A stretch of DNA of 64,000 bases from a virus (lineage: Duplodnaviria > Caudoviricetes). The position numbers and the translations under genes are program-made. The stretch is taken from the IMG/VR virus record IMGVR_UViG_3300037400_001617; one strand, 5' to 3'. The notes under the pieces were generated by a model. That model made no database searches. It was not told the origin of the DNA and saw only the letters and a program-made list of their open reading frames with translations. Positions 38,502 through 49,214 of the stretch are shown here, in pieces; position 1 is the stretch's first letter, and each line of letters starts with the position of its first letter.

Positions 38502-39935
38502 ATGATGGGTAGACATTATAGATGTATATACTGCTCTAAGTCTCTTGATAGAGACAAGCTTGTAACCCATATGGAGAAGGAACACTCTGATATGCTTAAT
38601 CCTGATAAGGGATTTACTGCTAATCATGTAGTGTTCGATATATGTAACAACAAACAGCCTGTAGGAGATGCTCGTGGAGTTTGTAGAATCTGTAAGGCTC
38701 CTACTATGTGGAACGAGAAAACTGTTCGTTACGATGCTTTCTGTTCTGATCGCTGTAAATCTGTCGCCAGACAAAATGCAGTGAAGAACATGATGAAAGT
38801 ATATAACAAACCCACTCTTCTCAATGATATGGATCATCAGGAGAAGATGCTCGCCAATAGATCAATCTCTGGTAAGTACAGATGGTCTGACGGAACATAC
38901 AAAACTTACGTAGGAAACTATGAGAAGAAGTTCCTCGAGTTTTGCGATGGGGTCCTTGGAATGGACTCATCAGACCTCGTAACACCTGGTCCTACTTTAA
39001 AGTATGAACATAATGGTGAAGAACACGTCTGGATCACTGATGCTCTTTATCTCCCTTATAACCTCGTCTTTGACATTAAGGATGGTGGAGATAACAAGAA
39101 CACCAGAGAGATGCCAGAGTACCGATCTAAACAAATTGCTAAAGAAAAGATGATTACTGATCAAGGCGAGTATAGCTATATTAGGCTTACTAATAACGAG
39201 TTTGTTCAACTGCTCGATATATTCGCTGAGCTCAAAAAGATCAGCATGGAACCTGATCCGCATACTATATCCAGGATCCATGAAAGCCTGATTGGAGGTG
39301 CACTTCCTCCTGCAGGTGCTACGGATGTTAATCCACACCCTTACCTGTTGAACTATCATACCTTTGCAGGTGGTGATGAGGGCTATGCTCTCTGCAACGA
39401 TATAGCTTCAGATTGTTGTCTGACAGTGGATGATAACGGTAAGATCAAGAAGAAGAACACCAAGAAGCTCCTAGCTCAGAAGGAATGTATTGTATATAAG
39501 TACAAGGGCACTAACGGAGAACAGATCATGAGAGAAGCCTATTCAAAGTACAAGTCTCAAAAGACTGTAAGAATGGACTACTTTGCTAAGTTGGTATCTG
39601 AGATGTCTGACATATTAACGCCAGACCAACTCGACTACTCCCCAGTCCTTGAACAAGTTTCTATATCTTCACTCGGAGAGAAGTTCACATCTCTTTGTGT
39701 TACCATAGAAACTGCAGTAAACGAACTAGTTGGTAACAGAACTCTCTCTGTACCAGTAGTAGATCCATACAAGATGGAACAGTGTCGACACATACTGAGA
39801 AACTATAAGAATCTCGTCGTGAAAGAATGTGTCGATGGTGGATACTATGTGGAGAACACCATATCGAAAACCAGGTCTAGACTCATCGATTCTATAGAGG
39901 ATATCGACAAATCCCTCTTAGATTCAGTGAGCTAA
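38502..39935 (+). CDS. Zn-finger + PD-(D/E)XK (TnsA/gp4-like) nuclease-domain protein
   Basis: CIYC..H...H and CRIC..FCSDRC; YE..F...YEHNG..H.W.TD...VFDIK; AACAtcactaTA at 38464-38475. Confidence 0.6.
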   Translation: MMGRHYRCIYCSKSLDRDKLVTHMEKEHSDMLNPDKGFTANHVVFDICNNKQPVGDARGVCRICKAPTMWNEKTVRYDAFCSDRCKSVARQNAVKNMMKVYNKPTLLNDMDHQEKMLANRSISGKYRWSDGTYKTYVGNYEKKFLEFCDGVLGMDSSDLVTPGPTLKYEHNGEEHVWITDALYLPYNLVFDIKDGGDNKNTREMPEYRSKQIAKEKMITDQGEYSYIRLTNNEFVQLLDIFAELKKISMEPDPHTISRIHESLIGGALPPAGATDVNPHPYLLNYHTFAGGDEGYALCNDIASDCCLTVDDNGKIKKKNTKKLLAQKECIVYKYKGTNGEQIMREAYSKYKSQKTVRMDYFAKLVSEMSDILTPDQLDYSPVLEQVSISSLGEKFTSLCVTIETAVNELVGNRTLSVPVVDPYKMEQCRHILRNYKNLVVKECVDGGYYVENTISKTRSRLIDSIEDIDKSLLDSVS

Positions 39936-39974
39936 ACATATAAGTAAAATCTACAACCCGAAGGAGGTTACATT

Positions 39975-40442
39975 ATGAACTTAAGCACAATGATTCTTCA
40001 GGAAGCTTCTAAGGCAGATCAGAAGATTCTTGATGATATCGAAAGAGATCAGATAGCACATGACTACCAGGATACTTTGGCTGGTCTGGCTACAGTAGGA
40101 AGTATCACTTTCCCAGCATCAGAAGTCCCGATCATAAAGGACGAATGTGGTGAGTGTGGAGAGTGCGGCGAATGTAATGAGAGCTACATGGTAGAGTACG
40201 ACATGCTCTATAAGTTCATGGAAGCTAACAATATCGACGAAGAGTACGAAGCTCATGCAGCACTGTGTGAGGAGTACTCACTTGAACAGGCTCAGCTTGT
40301 AGTAGTTGCAGAATGCGACGAAGTAAACAAGGGCCTTCTTAATAATGCACTTAAGACTGGAGAACTCGGCGTAGCAAGACGTTATTGCTCAGGTCTCTGC
40401 AATCTTCTCAATCACGGAATCCGTGTAATGAAGAAGGGTTAA
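39975..40442 (+). CDS. Acidic late protein with an (ECG)n repeat
   Basis: ECGECGECGEC; AACAtataagTA at 39935-39946. Confidence 0.7.
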   Translation: MNLSTMILQEASKADQKILDDIERDQIAHDYQDTLAGLATVGSITFPASEVPIIKDECGECGECGECNESYMVEYDMLYKFMEANNIDEEYEAHAALCEEYSLEQAQLVVVAECDEVNKGLLNNALKTGELGVARRYCSGLCNLLNHGIRVMKKG

Positions 40443-40522
40443 TTATTACACTAACGGCGACATCATAGTAGGGACCAAGGGTGGTTGCCCTTGGTCCAAT
40501 TCTATGCCTAGGAGGAATCTAT

Positions 40523-41239
40523 ATGAACAATAACCCGTTAGATAGTATCAAACTGCCCGAACTTCATAAAGTCACAATTCCCTCAATCGATAAAGACAAG
40601 ATACCACAGGAGAAAGTGACTATCTCTAAAGAACAGGAAGTTGAATGGGCTAAAGACCTTATACTCAGAGCAACAAACAATACGTATCTGCTGGAAGAGG
40701 GAGAGAAAGATCCTTCTATCGAGATGAAAGAGAAGCTCGATAAGATGTCAGATGATGAGGTACTTGAGATGGCTGAAAAAGTTGGAGAGTGTATCCACAA
40801 GATGGTTCAAAGAAAGAAAGAAGAAGAAGCAACTTTCAGTATGAAAGCTAAGGCAGAACTACATGAAGAGGATGGAGAGATCGTAGCGAATCCTACCAAA
40901 GTCATTAGCTTCAGTCCTGTAGATATAAATGCGGAGTTACTTTCACCTATAATTAAGGAAAGACTTAGTGCAGAACTTGGTATAGGAGAGATTCCAGATG
41001 ATCTTGAGACACAAGTACATCTGTGCAGAACATGGCTCAAGTCTAAAAACTTCTTTGAGCTTCCTGTTGAAGAGATGTATGATTGGCAAGTTATACTGCT
41101 CACGACATCAGCTTTAGACGATAAGCTTGAAATGTATCATAATCTTGCAAGTATGACCACTAAAGATGTCGAGGAAGCTTCTAAGGATTATGAGACTATG
41201 CTTAATAACTTCAATACTGTATTCGGTAAACAAGACTGA
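40523..41239 (+). CDS. Hypothetical acidic protein
   Basis: SD GGAGG; start re-assigned. Confidence 0.7.
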   Translation: MNNNPLDSIKLPELHKVTIPSIDKDKIPQEKVTISKEQEVEWAKDLILRATNNTYLLEEGEKDPSIEMKEKLDKMSDDEVLEMAEKVGECIHKMVQRKKEEEATFSMKAKAELHEEDGEIVANPTKVISFSPVDINAELLSPIIKERLSAELGIGEIPDDLETQVHLCRTWLKSKNFFELPVEEMYDWQVILLTTSALDDKLEMYHNLASMTTKDVEEASKDYETMLNNFNTVFGKQD

Positions 41240-41310
41240 CATTATATATTATAGAGGCGAGTCCCAAGGATATGTCCTTGGGGCATCTCTATTGAAAGGA
41301 GGAATGAGGC

Positions 41311-42147
41311 ATGATTTCATATGCCGACGAAGGGAGCAATCATCCCAAACACGACGTCGTGTGTATTTTTACTGATGGTGGTATACACGACGGACAATCA
41401 TCAGCATCATCAGTTATAGGGCTTCTTAGAAACGATGGAAGTAATGAGCCCTGTTTGGATAAGATAGAAATCTTCTCCAAGTATCACGACAACTCTACAA
41501 ACAACATCGCAGAGCTGTCGGCTATTCTCTTCGGTATAGAGAAAGCCTTTGAGCGTTATAAGAGTTCTGACGATCATACTTACGCATATCTGATCTTCTC
41601 GGACTCTGAATACGCAATTCATTCTTTAACAGAGTGGGTCTTCGGATGGTACAAGACCTACACATGTGAAAAGAAGAATGGCATCGTAGTTCCTTACATG
41701 CTCACTAAGTGTGGTACGCCAGTTAAGAACTGCGAGATTATCAGTGCTATCATAGGAATGATAGTACATCATCAGGATTGGTTTACCTTCCTACAATTTG
41801 TTAATGTGAAGGGTCACACTTGGAAGAAGGGTGGCGTAGAAGAACAGATGGCATACTATAGAAAGGCTAACCAGACTGATATAACAAAGAAAGAAGCTAT
41901 CTTCGTGACGAAGTACAATCACATCGTCGACAGAGTAGCTTCTAATGTTTGTGATTGGGTCCAGGACAATGGATTCGACATAAACTTCGACGACAATGGG
42001 GATCCATGTATGCGTTTCACTGTAAAGGGTATGGACTTCAATGTCTATGATTCCGTAAATGACGGTGTAAGATACTCAAAGTATATGATACTCACTGATG
42101 CTATAATGAGATTGTATAGAGAGATCTTAAACCAGACGCCGTTCTAA
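41311..42147 (+). CDS. rnhA: Ribonuclease HI
   Basis: IFTDGG, TNNIAELSAI, IFSDSEYAI, VKN, VKGH and N..VDRVA; TATATTAT at 41245-41252. Confidence 0.9.
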   Translation: MISYADEGSNHPKHDVVCIFTDGGIHDGQSSASSVIGLLRNDGSNEPCLDKIEIFSKYHDNSTNNIAELSAILFGIEKAFERYKSSDDHTYAYLIFSDSEYAIHSLTEWVFGWYKTYTCEKKNGIVVPYMLTKCGTPVKNCEIISAIIGMIVHHQDWFTFLQFVNVKGHTWKKGGVEEQMAYYRKANQTDITKKEAIFVTKYNHIVDRVASNVCDWVQDNGFDINFDDNGDPCMRFTVKGMDFNVYDSVNDGVRYSKYMILTDAIMRLYREILNQTPF

Positions 42148-42164
42148 TGAAAGGAGAAAGAACT

Positions 42165-42695
42165 ATGTTGACGTTAAACGAAATGATCGATAACGCAGTT
42201 GCAAGACTTTCTATCAAGTCTTATGACATAGTGAGCATAATAGATCTTTCTAATGTTAAGGCGAACTATTCTTCGTTCTACCATTATAATCTAAACAACT
42301 GCTTTATGGTAGAATATGATAAGTACTTTGACATACATTACTGCTTCATATGTGATAACGGCTTTGTTGTTGAATATGAAGAAGAAAGATATGTTGTAAA
42401 TCCCCATGACACCTATAATATCTATAACATAATGGTTCTCTATGGTGTTATGGGCTATAAGCAAAACGATATAGCTAAAGCACTGAACACTTCTGTGTCT
42501 ACTATAGGAAATAGAATAAAGATAATCAAGCAGATATTAGAGGTATCTGATATAAAAGATTTAGATCCAGAAGATGTTGTCAAGATCAAATATGACCGTA
42601 CCCACTTACGATTATCTGATCTAAGCAACAAGTTGCAAGCAATCATCGATAAGTACGAAAGGAGAAAGAACGATGAGAATGTCGATAATGACTAA
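42165..42695 (+). CDS. HTH protein, paralog 1
   Basis: GYKQNDIAKALNTSVSTIGNRIK. Confidence 0.7.
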   Translation: MLTLNEMIDNAVARLSIKSYDIVSIIDLSNVKANYSSFYHYNLNNCFMVEYDKYFDIHYCFICDNGFVVEYEEERYVVNPHDTYNIYNIMVLYGVMGYKQNDIAKALNTSVSTIGNRIKIIKQILEVSDIKDLDPEDVVKIKYDRTHLRLSDLSNKLQAIIDKYERRKNDENVDND

Positions 42696-43098
42696 GGCTA
42701 ACAAAGCCGCTAAAAGACTGGGTATCCGTCCTAGTCAGATCACACATATTCACGATCTCTCAGAAGTCTCCTCAGAGGGAGCTAAGGGAATCATGATCGT
42801 GTTTCAGGTAGCAGATGAGAAGTATGCTGCCATTGTAAGCGACAACGGCCACATTAAGAAGTGGATTGTTGGCGAGAGACATGACAAGGTTGTTAATATG
42901 TCTGCAAAGACTAAGAAGTCTATGAGACTCAATAACAATCAGTACATCATCTTTCTGTTATACGCCTATGGCTTTACCCAGAGAGCAATAGCTCGTCTGA
43001 TGGGTTGCAGTATGGAGCCTATTAACAGAAGAATATCGAACATTCGCCTCATGCTGGAGACAGCTAGTGTAGGCGACGAACTTGAAGAAGAGGACTAA
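42673..43098 (+). CDS. HTH protein, paralog 2
   Basis: GFTQRAIARLMGCSMEPINRRIS. Confidence 0.7.
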   Translation: MRMSIMTKANKAAKRLGIRPSQITHIHDLSEVSSEGAKGIMIVFQVADEKYAAIVSDNGHIKKWIVGERHDKVVNMSAKTKKSMRLNNNQYIIFLLYAYGFTQRAIARLMGCSMEPINRRISNIRLMLETASVGDELEEED

Positions 43099-43102
43099 TC
43101 TG

Positions 43103-43393
43103 ATGGATATGGATATATTTGAACGTGGATATACAGCTTGTACAATGTTAGGGGTTGATCCTAGCACTGTTATTGGTGTAAGATCTATATCTACAGAGGA
43201 GAAAGAAGATGTCGGAATAGCATTGGATTGTGGCGATTGTATACACGTTCGCATCGACAAGTTTATGAAATGCTACAAGAAAACCGACGATATCTCTATA
43301 CTCGTAGAGATGTACAAGGACGGTATCGAAAGATCTCATATAGCTCAGATCTTCGATATATCGATAAAGACTGTTAACGCATTCACAAAATAA
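43103..43393 (+). CDS. HTH protein, paralog 3
   Basis: GIERSHIAQIFDISIKTVN. Confidence 0.65.
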   Translation: MDMDIFERGYTACTMLGVDPSTVIGVRSISTEEKEDVGIALDCGDCIHVRIDKFMKCYKKTDDISILVEMYKDGIERSHIAQIFDISIKTVNAFTK

Positions 43394-43406
43394 TGGAGGT
43401 AATCAC

Positions 43407-45116
43407 ATGATTAAGTTTGAAATTGAAGGAACCACAAACAAGGAGTCATCATACGCTACTATTGGCGTAGACATCGATCCTAATACAGAACACCACACTC
43501 ATGCAGACTTCGATGTACAGTCTACAGATCATACTTCTGTATTCAGAATTAGTGGAATACCGATCGCTATGATCAATCACGATGTCAATAAAGAATACAA
43601 AAGTTTTAAGCCTACCGATACTTTCAAGCTTCTCGGAACCGACTCTACAGGAAACACAAAACAGTTCGATGTAGTTACGGTAGCAAGAAACGGTGTAACC
43701 GTACATGCTAACGGAATGTATAAGAACCTAGGTTTTCTCGAAGGCATCGGAGATACCATATGGGATGAATGCTATGACAAGCATCCTGTGTTCAATGGAA
43801 TGGAGTATACTGCCGAGATGGATGGCAACAGCTTTAACAATCCGTTCCTTGAATATAAGAGATTAAAAACTCTTCCTGATGTAAAAGCAAAAGTCGTACG
43901 TTCTAAGTACGAAGGAATCAACACTCAGAAGATTATCGTAGGAAACTACGATATCGTAGCAAGGGTTGAGGATGGAGAGATTGTAAATATGAACTTCCCC
44001 AGAATCAATCAGTGTATCGATATAAGCGATTCTGGTGACGATTCGTTTGGATCTACTGTGGTTAAGGTAAATCATAAGATCACTGATATACGTCAGTCAA
44101 AGCTTGTAGCCCATGTAGCTTATGTTACTGGAACAGGTATAGTAATAGAATCCTTGGCAGACGGAAACGATGAATACGAAATAGCTATTGGTAAGAAGGC
44201 TGAGAAGCTTGTCTTATCGATACTGAAGTCCAGCGATTATATGTCAACATGGATCGCAAAGGGTGCTCATAACTATGACCATATCAATGTCTACTACATC
44301 ACTCTGAACCAGAACTACGAAGACGTTAAAGAGTACTTCTATATATCGGATCACTCTTCTTTCTGGGCTCTCTATAGAGCAGATCTGAGAGAGGGCGAAC
44401 CTGTTCCGATCAAGATTACATTGGAAAATCTCAAAGTCAACGAGGGAGATAAGTACACATATATGAATACATACTATGACGACTTTGGTGATATAGTGTT
44501 TGAGAAGACGATCGTGGACGGAACAAATGAGTCACACTACACTGAAACAACCAAGAACTATAAGTTGGTATGTGATGTAGAGCATACGAAAGACGAGTCA
44601 AAGTACTCTATAACCATCAATAGAGAAACTGGTGGTGGCGCTCACATTGCAGCTATAATCGAACGTCTCGCCGATATTGCTAAATATGGTGCAGATAAGT
44701 ATGTGGATGCTCTTGAATCTATTATCGAGTACAACGACAATGGCTACTTCCAGCCTATAAACATGTATCGTTATCTTACAAAGATCGAGAGTATCTGTAA
44801 GAATCCTCAGAATGCTCTGAGATGGAACTATACTCTCTTTAATCCTAAGCGCAGCAAACAGTGCATTGATATTGATCTGTTACTTAACCCTGGCGACATA
44901 TTCGGCTTAGCAAGACTTATACTCTGGCATAAGGATGTCTATGAACATGGCCCATGTGAAGAATATAAGCTTCTCGAGAAGATAGAATGGAATTCATTCA
45001 TGCTTCCAAGCGACTTCAAGTGCGAAGAAGAACCGAAACGTGAAAGAAGACTATACAGAAGACATGTGTCTAATGCGTGCGAAGCAATGGCTATGGACGT
45101 GGACGTAGACGACTAA
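43407..45116 (+). CDS. Hypothetical protein
   Basis: 569 aa; SD GGAGGT; no recognised motif. Confidence 0.7.
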   Translation: MIKFEIEGTTNKESSYATIGVDIDPNTEHHTHADFDVQSTDHTSVFRISGIPIAMINHDVNKEYKSFKPTDTFKLLGTDSTGNTKQFDVVTVARNGVTVHANGMYKNLGFLEGIGDTIWDECYDKHPVFNGMEYTAEMDGNSFNNPFLEYKRLKTLPDVKAKVVRSKYEGINTQKIIVGNYDIVARVEDGEIVNMNFPRINQCIDISDSGDDSFGSTVVKVNHKITDIRQSKLVAHVAYVTGTGIVIESLADGNDEYEIAIGKKAEKLVLSILKSSDYMSTWIAKGAHNYDHINVYYITLNQNYEDVKEYFYISDHSSFWALYRADLREGEPVPIKITLENLKVNEGDKYTYMNTYYDDFGDIVFEKTIVDGTNESHYTETTKNYKLVCDVEHTKDESKYSITINRETGGGAHIAAIIERLADIAKYGADKYVDALESIIEYNDNGYFQPINMYRYLTKIESICKNPQNALRWNYTLFNPKRSKQCIDIDLLLNPGDIFGLARLILWHKDVYEHGPCEEYKLLEKIEWNSFMLPSDFKCEEEPKRERRLYRRHVSNACEAMAMDVDVDD

Positions 45117-45284
45117 GACACAAAGGAATGGCTAGAGCACAACGCTCTAGCCAACCCAATTTATTTTTTAGAAAGGAAGTGCACATGAACACATCTTCAA
45201 CCCTTATCATTATGTTACCTGAACAGACTAAATCACTATTGTCTGAACTTTATAATAATCAAATCAGATAAAGGAGGGCTTAAC

Positions 45285-46226
45285 ATGCCTAAGAACTATG
45301 GTACAACTTACTTATACAACAAGTTCCCCTATGAGGAGAAGATCTTCAAGTTCATCATGAACGCTGAGCAGATTCCTGTAATGGATAGCTCGTTCGACGA
45401 TGTGAAGTATGAGTTCAAGAAGAGACAGCTCTCTCCTGCACTCAGTAAAGTTCTTATAAGTAAAAACGTTATTCTTCTTTCCGCTAAGGATGGAAGACCT
45501 GTAAATACTCAGTTCCGTGTATTCTGCTGCAAGGATATCAGAAGTAAGTCGAACGACCTTAAGGTCTTCGTAGACGTTACTGGTCTGATATACAGAGACA
45601 AGGAAAGCAATGAGTTTAAGTGTCGCAATATCGACATACTCATAGCCAATATCGTGAATGCTATGGTAACTCTTATCTACCACAAAGCAGAGGACAAGAT
45701 CCTCACTACTACTATCATACATCAGGCTATGGACGCTTTCTCTAGCCTTATGACTTATATAGTAGACTACCTCACTCATATATCCACCATTCCTTCAACA
45801 AAGAGCAAGTGTCAGTATCTCTGCTGCATGTACTTCGTAAGGAATATTCTTTACAGAAACTTCGACAACAATATGAAGCGTGTAGCTGGTCAGATCTGCG
45901 GTCTGTCTGAAAGAGAACAGGATATGATCATCGCTAGCGTAGATGAAGAGGACGATTTCATCAATCTCAAGTTCTTCATCGAATGCCTCGCTAAATCTAT
46001 CAAGTCACCTAGTCTCAAGATAGACAACATTGTGGACAAGTGGATGTTCTGCTTCGGCTCTAACACTCCATTTGCTATGGAGTACTTCCCTGCATTATCA
46101 GCTATGCTGACAGATGCATATACTGGTGCATATATGAACAACCAGAAGACAATCGAAAAGGTAGTTGGAAACATTCTCGTATCATATACTAAAGCTGTCA
46201 TTGAGAAAGGTAGTGTATTAGTATGA
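45285..46226 (+). CDS. Hypothetical late (probable virion) protein
   Basis: AACTttataaTA at 45246-45257; ATGA-coupled to the next gene. Confidence 0.7.
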   Translation: MPKNYGTTYLYNKFPYEEKIFKFIMNAEQIPVMDSSFDDVKYEFKKRQLSPALSKVLISKNVILLSAKDGRPVNTQFRVFCCKDIRSKSNDLKVFVDVTGLIYRDKESNEFKCRNIDILIANIVNAMVTLIYHKAEDKILTTTIIHQAMDAFSSLMTYIVDYLTHISTIPSTKSKCQYLCCMYFVRNILYRNFDNNMKRVAGQICGLSEREQDMIIASVDEEDDFINLKFFIECLAKSIKSPSLKIDNIVDKWMFCFGSNTPFAMEYFPALSAMLTDAYTGAYMNNQKTIEKVVGNILVSYTKAVIEKGSVLV

Positions 46227-49201
46227 GCAACTTCATAAGAGATGTGTCTGCTCGTTCAAGGGATATCCCCTTGAACGGGCTTCCAGCTGTATATGAAGAC
46301 TATGTATACCCTTCGGATACTACGAACAACTACGAAGAACTCGGTAGTACTAGTCATATCTTTAATCAGCAGCCTATACAGCAGGTAGACTCATATTATA
46401 ATAACCTCTATAGACACACTATAGAGAAACTTAGATCATGCACAGAGACATGGAATGATTACCATAACGCTAATGCTGTTCCTTTCTACATCAAGGAACC
46501 AGTATCTGCAAGAATAAACGATGATACTCTTCATATGAGGATCAACTCTGAAGACAGCAATACCTTTGTTCCAGATGCTTCTACTTTTCTTGTAGAGGAC
46601 CATATCATGAATGACAAGGATCTTGTTGCTAATAATGAGATTGAGACAACAAAGAGATTCACATATCGTCTCAACTTCAATCCCTATATGAACAATACCG
46701 AGAATCTTGAGGTAATGCATGAAGGACATGCACTTAAGTTTATAAATGGTACTATCCATATAGTCTCCAGTTATGCTGTCCCTCCAGTAGATGAGAATGA
46801 TGAAGGTACACTCGATACCCTCACAAGCTTAAAGGACACTGTACTGGACTTCAATATATCCAAAGCTATCGAAGCTTCCAAGTTCAACGATACATTCCTT
46901 ATCGATATAGCACCTACAGTATCTCAGGAAGAAGATCTTAAGATAACAACTGATACACCTTTGGATCTTGGTACTATTATAGATACTGGTATACCTTGCA
47001 CACAAGAAGAACTTTGGAAGAGAGGAATCATAGCACCGTTTCTGTTCTTTATAGACGGTCATCCTCTTGCATGGCATAATGTAGTCTTCACAACCGACAA
47101 GAGAGACACTTATGTCACTTTCATACTCAGATACAATCACATTAAGTCTATAGTATCTAACGACCCCTATATCAGATGTGTCGGATTCCCATTCCCTATA
47201 TACTATATCACACCATATCACTGGGAAGATTACGATATAGAAGGTAAGTATGATCTCTTCTGTTGGAAGGGATATGATGATGATTGGTGTGATCATATCT
47301 ATCCTACTAGCAATCAGAGACAAGCTGCTAGTAACTATCTTCTCTATGCCATCTATCCAGCAGTAGATAATGTATACGTAGAGGATATCAATGTAGAGTT
47401 TAGCAAACTTCGCAAGGCTAATACTACATCCAACCCTCTGTACTACAACTACAAGATATCTACAAGCAAACTTCCTTATGAAAACAAGATCAAACGTACC
47501 AATGTTTTCTCACTGTTCTATTCTAAGGACTGTAAGAACAACACTACTGCTAGAGGAATCATCTCTGAGTTCGATGATGAAGAGAAGATAAAACTTACTT
47601 GGCATCCTTTCAATCATCTCAACTTTACAGTTGATCCTTCTACAATAGATTACGTTGAAGACTACTATGAAGATGAGAGGATCAACATCGATGGAATGTA
47701 CTTCAGAATCTTCTATAACAAGAAGGTTGTATATGACCAAGATAATGTCATGAGACTCTGGAACAAGACCAGGGTAAACCAAGACTATGAGAGATATGTA
47801 GCATCTCTTGAGTCTAATATCAAGCTTTTCATCGATCGTATATACAATCTAGCTCAAGATCCTGTATGGCAAATACATACAGACATAATGCACTTCGACA
47901 ATATGGAAGAAGGCTCTACTCCTATAGATGAGTTTCTTTGGTACAGCAACCAAGAAACAAAAGTTAAGCTTCACGAGATAGCAGATGAGATGTTTGAGTC
48001 TGACTCAGAGCTGATCAAGAACACTATATCTTCTATCATAGATGATGCATCTGTAGAGAACTTCAATACAGATGCTTTAGATGAATGGTGCTTACGTAAA
48101 AATCTTCCAGAGATGTTTGTGTATGGCGATAACATGGATCTTATCATCAATAACATGGGATTACTGGAAGAGGTGTTTGATTTCAAGTATCGTGATTACA
48201 ACGATTACTTCAGAGATCTATATGATGCCACTAACTATATTATCGGATACGATCCAGACAAACTTGAAAAGACTATCATACATCCTACATTCAGTTATAC
48301 TAAGACTGGTAAAGAGCTGTATGGTATGGTATATGAAGACGATACATACGGTCCTTCTATCAAATTCCCTATGGCTGAATGTGATGGTAGAGAATCATAC
48401 CTTATGCTGTTCCATAATGGAGAACTGTACAGGAATTATAACTCGATTCGTTATGACGGTTTCTTCATATACTTCAATATGTCAAAAGACATCGACGTAT
48501 TAAACTCTGATGATGACAAATGGGAGTTCGTATGGTTCAGAAACGTTAACAATGGAGTCTACGAGACTACTTACTACAATCATACATCGGATAAGCTTGC
48601 TACTATGTACGCAACTACTGGTAGTATAGTCACTCAACAGACTGGATATAAAGTAATTGGATGCAATACTGATGTATTCGATCCAGAGGATCTTGTCGTT
48701 ATGACAAACATAATCAACTCGAATCGATACAAAGAAAGAATCAAGAGCAATACAGATGCTGAGTTTAGCAAGACAAAGTATCCATTGTACTATAGACTCT
48801 TCTCATACGAAGGTCATCATGAAGATCCACAGTATAATCACTATGGTGTCTTTAAGTACCTTGCAGACTATAAGCTTAATGGTCTTCATAGAGTATCCAG
48901 ACAGGGTGGAGGAGAGTATTTCATTCAGCCATACATGAGCAGCTTCATGAATAGTAGAAGTGTACTTCACTCTAGCCCCGATCCAAACCCAGACAGAATG
49001 GCAACCTACAAGAGCAGACCAGGACTCGGATCTCATTGTTTCGCGTTCTGTCCGAATACAAGTAATGCGAATATATCATATGAAGGCGATACAAGTGGAA
49101 TGGCTAGTGTATCGAAAGACAATAGCTGGTTCTATGGAACCAATATAACTACCATCAGATGTAGCAATACTTCATATGCTGTTCGTAAGGAAGAAGAATA
49201 A
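46223..49201 (+). CDS. Large virion structural (baseplate-associated) protein
   Basis: 992 aa; FLFFIDG and MLFHNG beta-repeats typical of jumbo-phage baseplate/fibre proteins. Confidence 0.55.
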   Translation: MSNFIRDVSARSRDIPLNGLPAVYEDYVYPSDTTNNYEELGSTSHIFNQQPIQQVDSYYNNLYRHTIEKLRSCTETWNDYHNANAVPFYIKEPVSARINDDTLHMRINSEDSNTFVPDASTFLVEDHIMNDKDLVANNEIETTKRFTYRLNFNPYMNNTENLEVMHEGHALKFINGTIHIVSSYAVPPVDENDEGTLDTLTSLKDTVLDFNISKAIEASKFNDTFLIDIAPTVSQEEDLKITTDTPLDLGTIIDTGIPCTQEELWKRGIIAPFLFFIDGHPLAWHNVVFTTDKRDTYVTFILRYNHIKSIVSNDPYIRCVGFPFPIYYITPYHWEDYDIEGKYDLFCWKGYDDDWCDHIYPTSNQRQAASNYLLYAIYPAVDNVYVEDINVEFSKLRKANTTSNPLYYNYKISTSKLPYENKIKRTNVFSLFYSKDCKNNTTARGIISEFDDEEKIKLTWHPFNHLNFTVDPSTIDYVEDYYEDERINIDGMYFRIFYNKKVVYDQDNVMRLWNKTRVNQDYERYVASLESNIKLFIDRIYNLAQDPVWQIHTDIMHFDNMEEGSTPIDEFLWYSNQETKVKLHEIADEMFESDSELIKNTISSIIDDASVENFNTDALDEWCLRKNLPEMFVYGDNMDLIINNMGLLEEVFDFKYRDYNDYFRDLYDATNYIIGYDPDKLEKTIIHPTFSYTKTGKELYGMVYEDDTYGPSIKFPMAECDGRESYLMLFHNGELYRNYNSIRYDGFFIYFNMSKDIDVLNSDDDKWEFVWFRNVNNGVYETTYYNHTSDKLATMYATTGSIVTQQTGYKVIGCNTDVFDPEDLVVMTNIINSNRYKERIKSNTDAEFSKTKYPLYYRLFSYEGHHEDPQYNHYGVFKYLADYKLNGLHRVSRQGGGEYFIQPYMSSFMNSRSVLHSSPDPNPDRMATYKSRPGLGSHCFAFCPNTSNANISYEGDTSGMASVSKDNSWFYGTNITTIRCSNTSYAVRKEEE

Positions 49202-49214
49202 GGAGGTGATATGA

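Noticed and set aside
45186-45271. Possible 28-aa ORF MNTSSTLIIML...
   Set aside because: Weak SD, and it overlaps the late promoter at 45246; not enough support.
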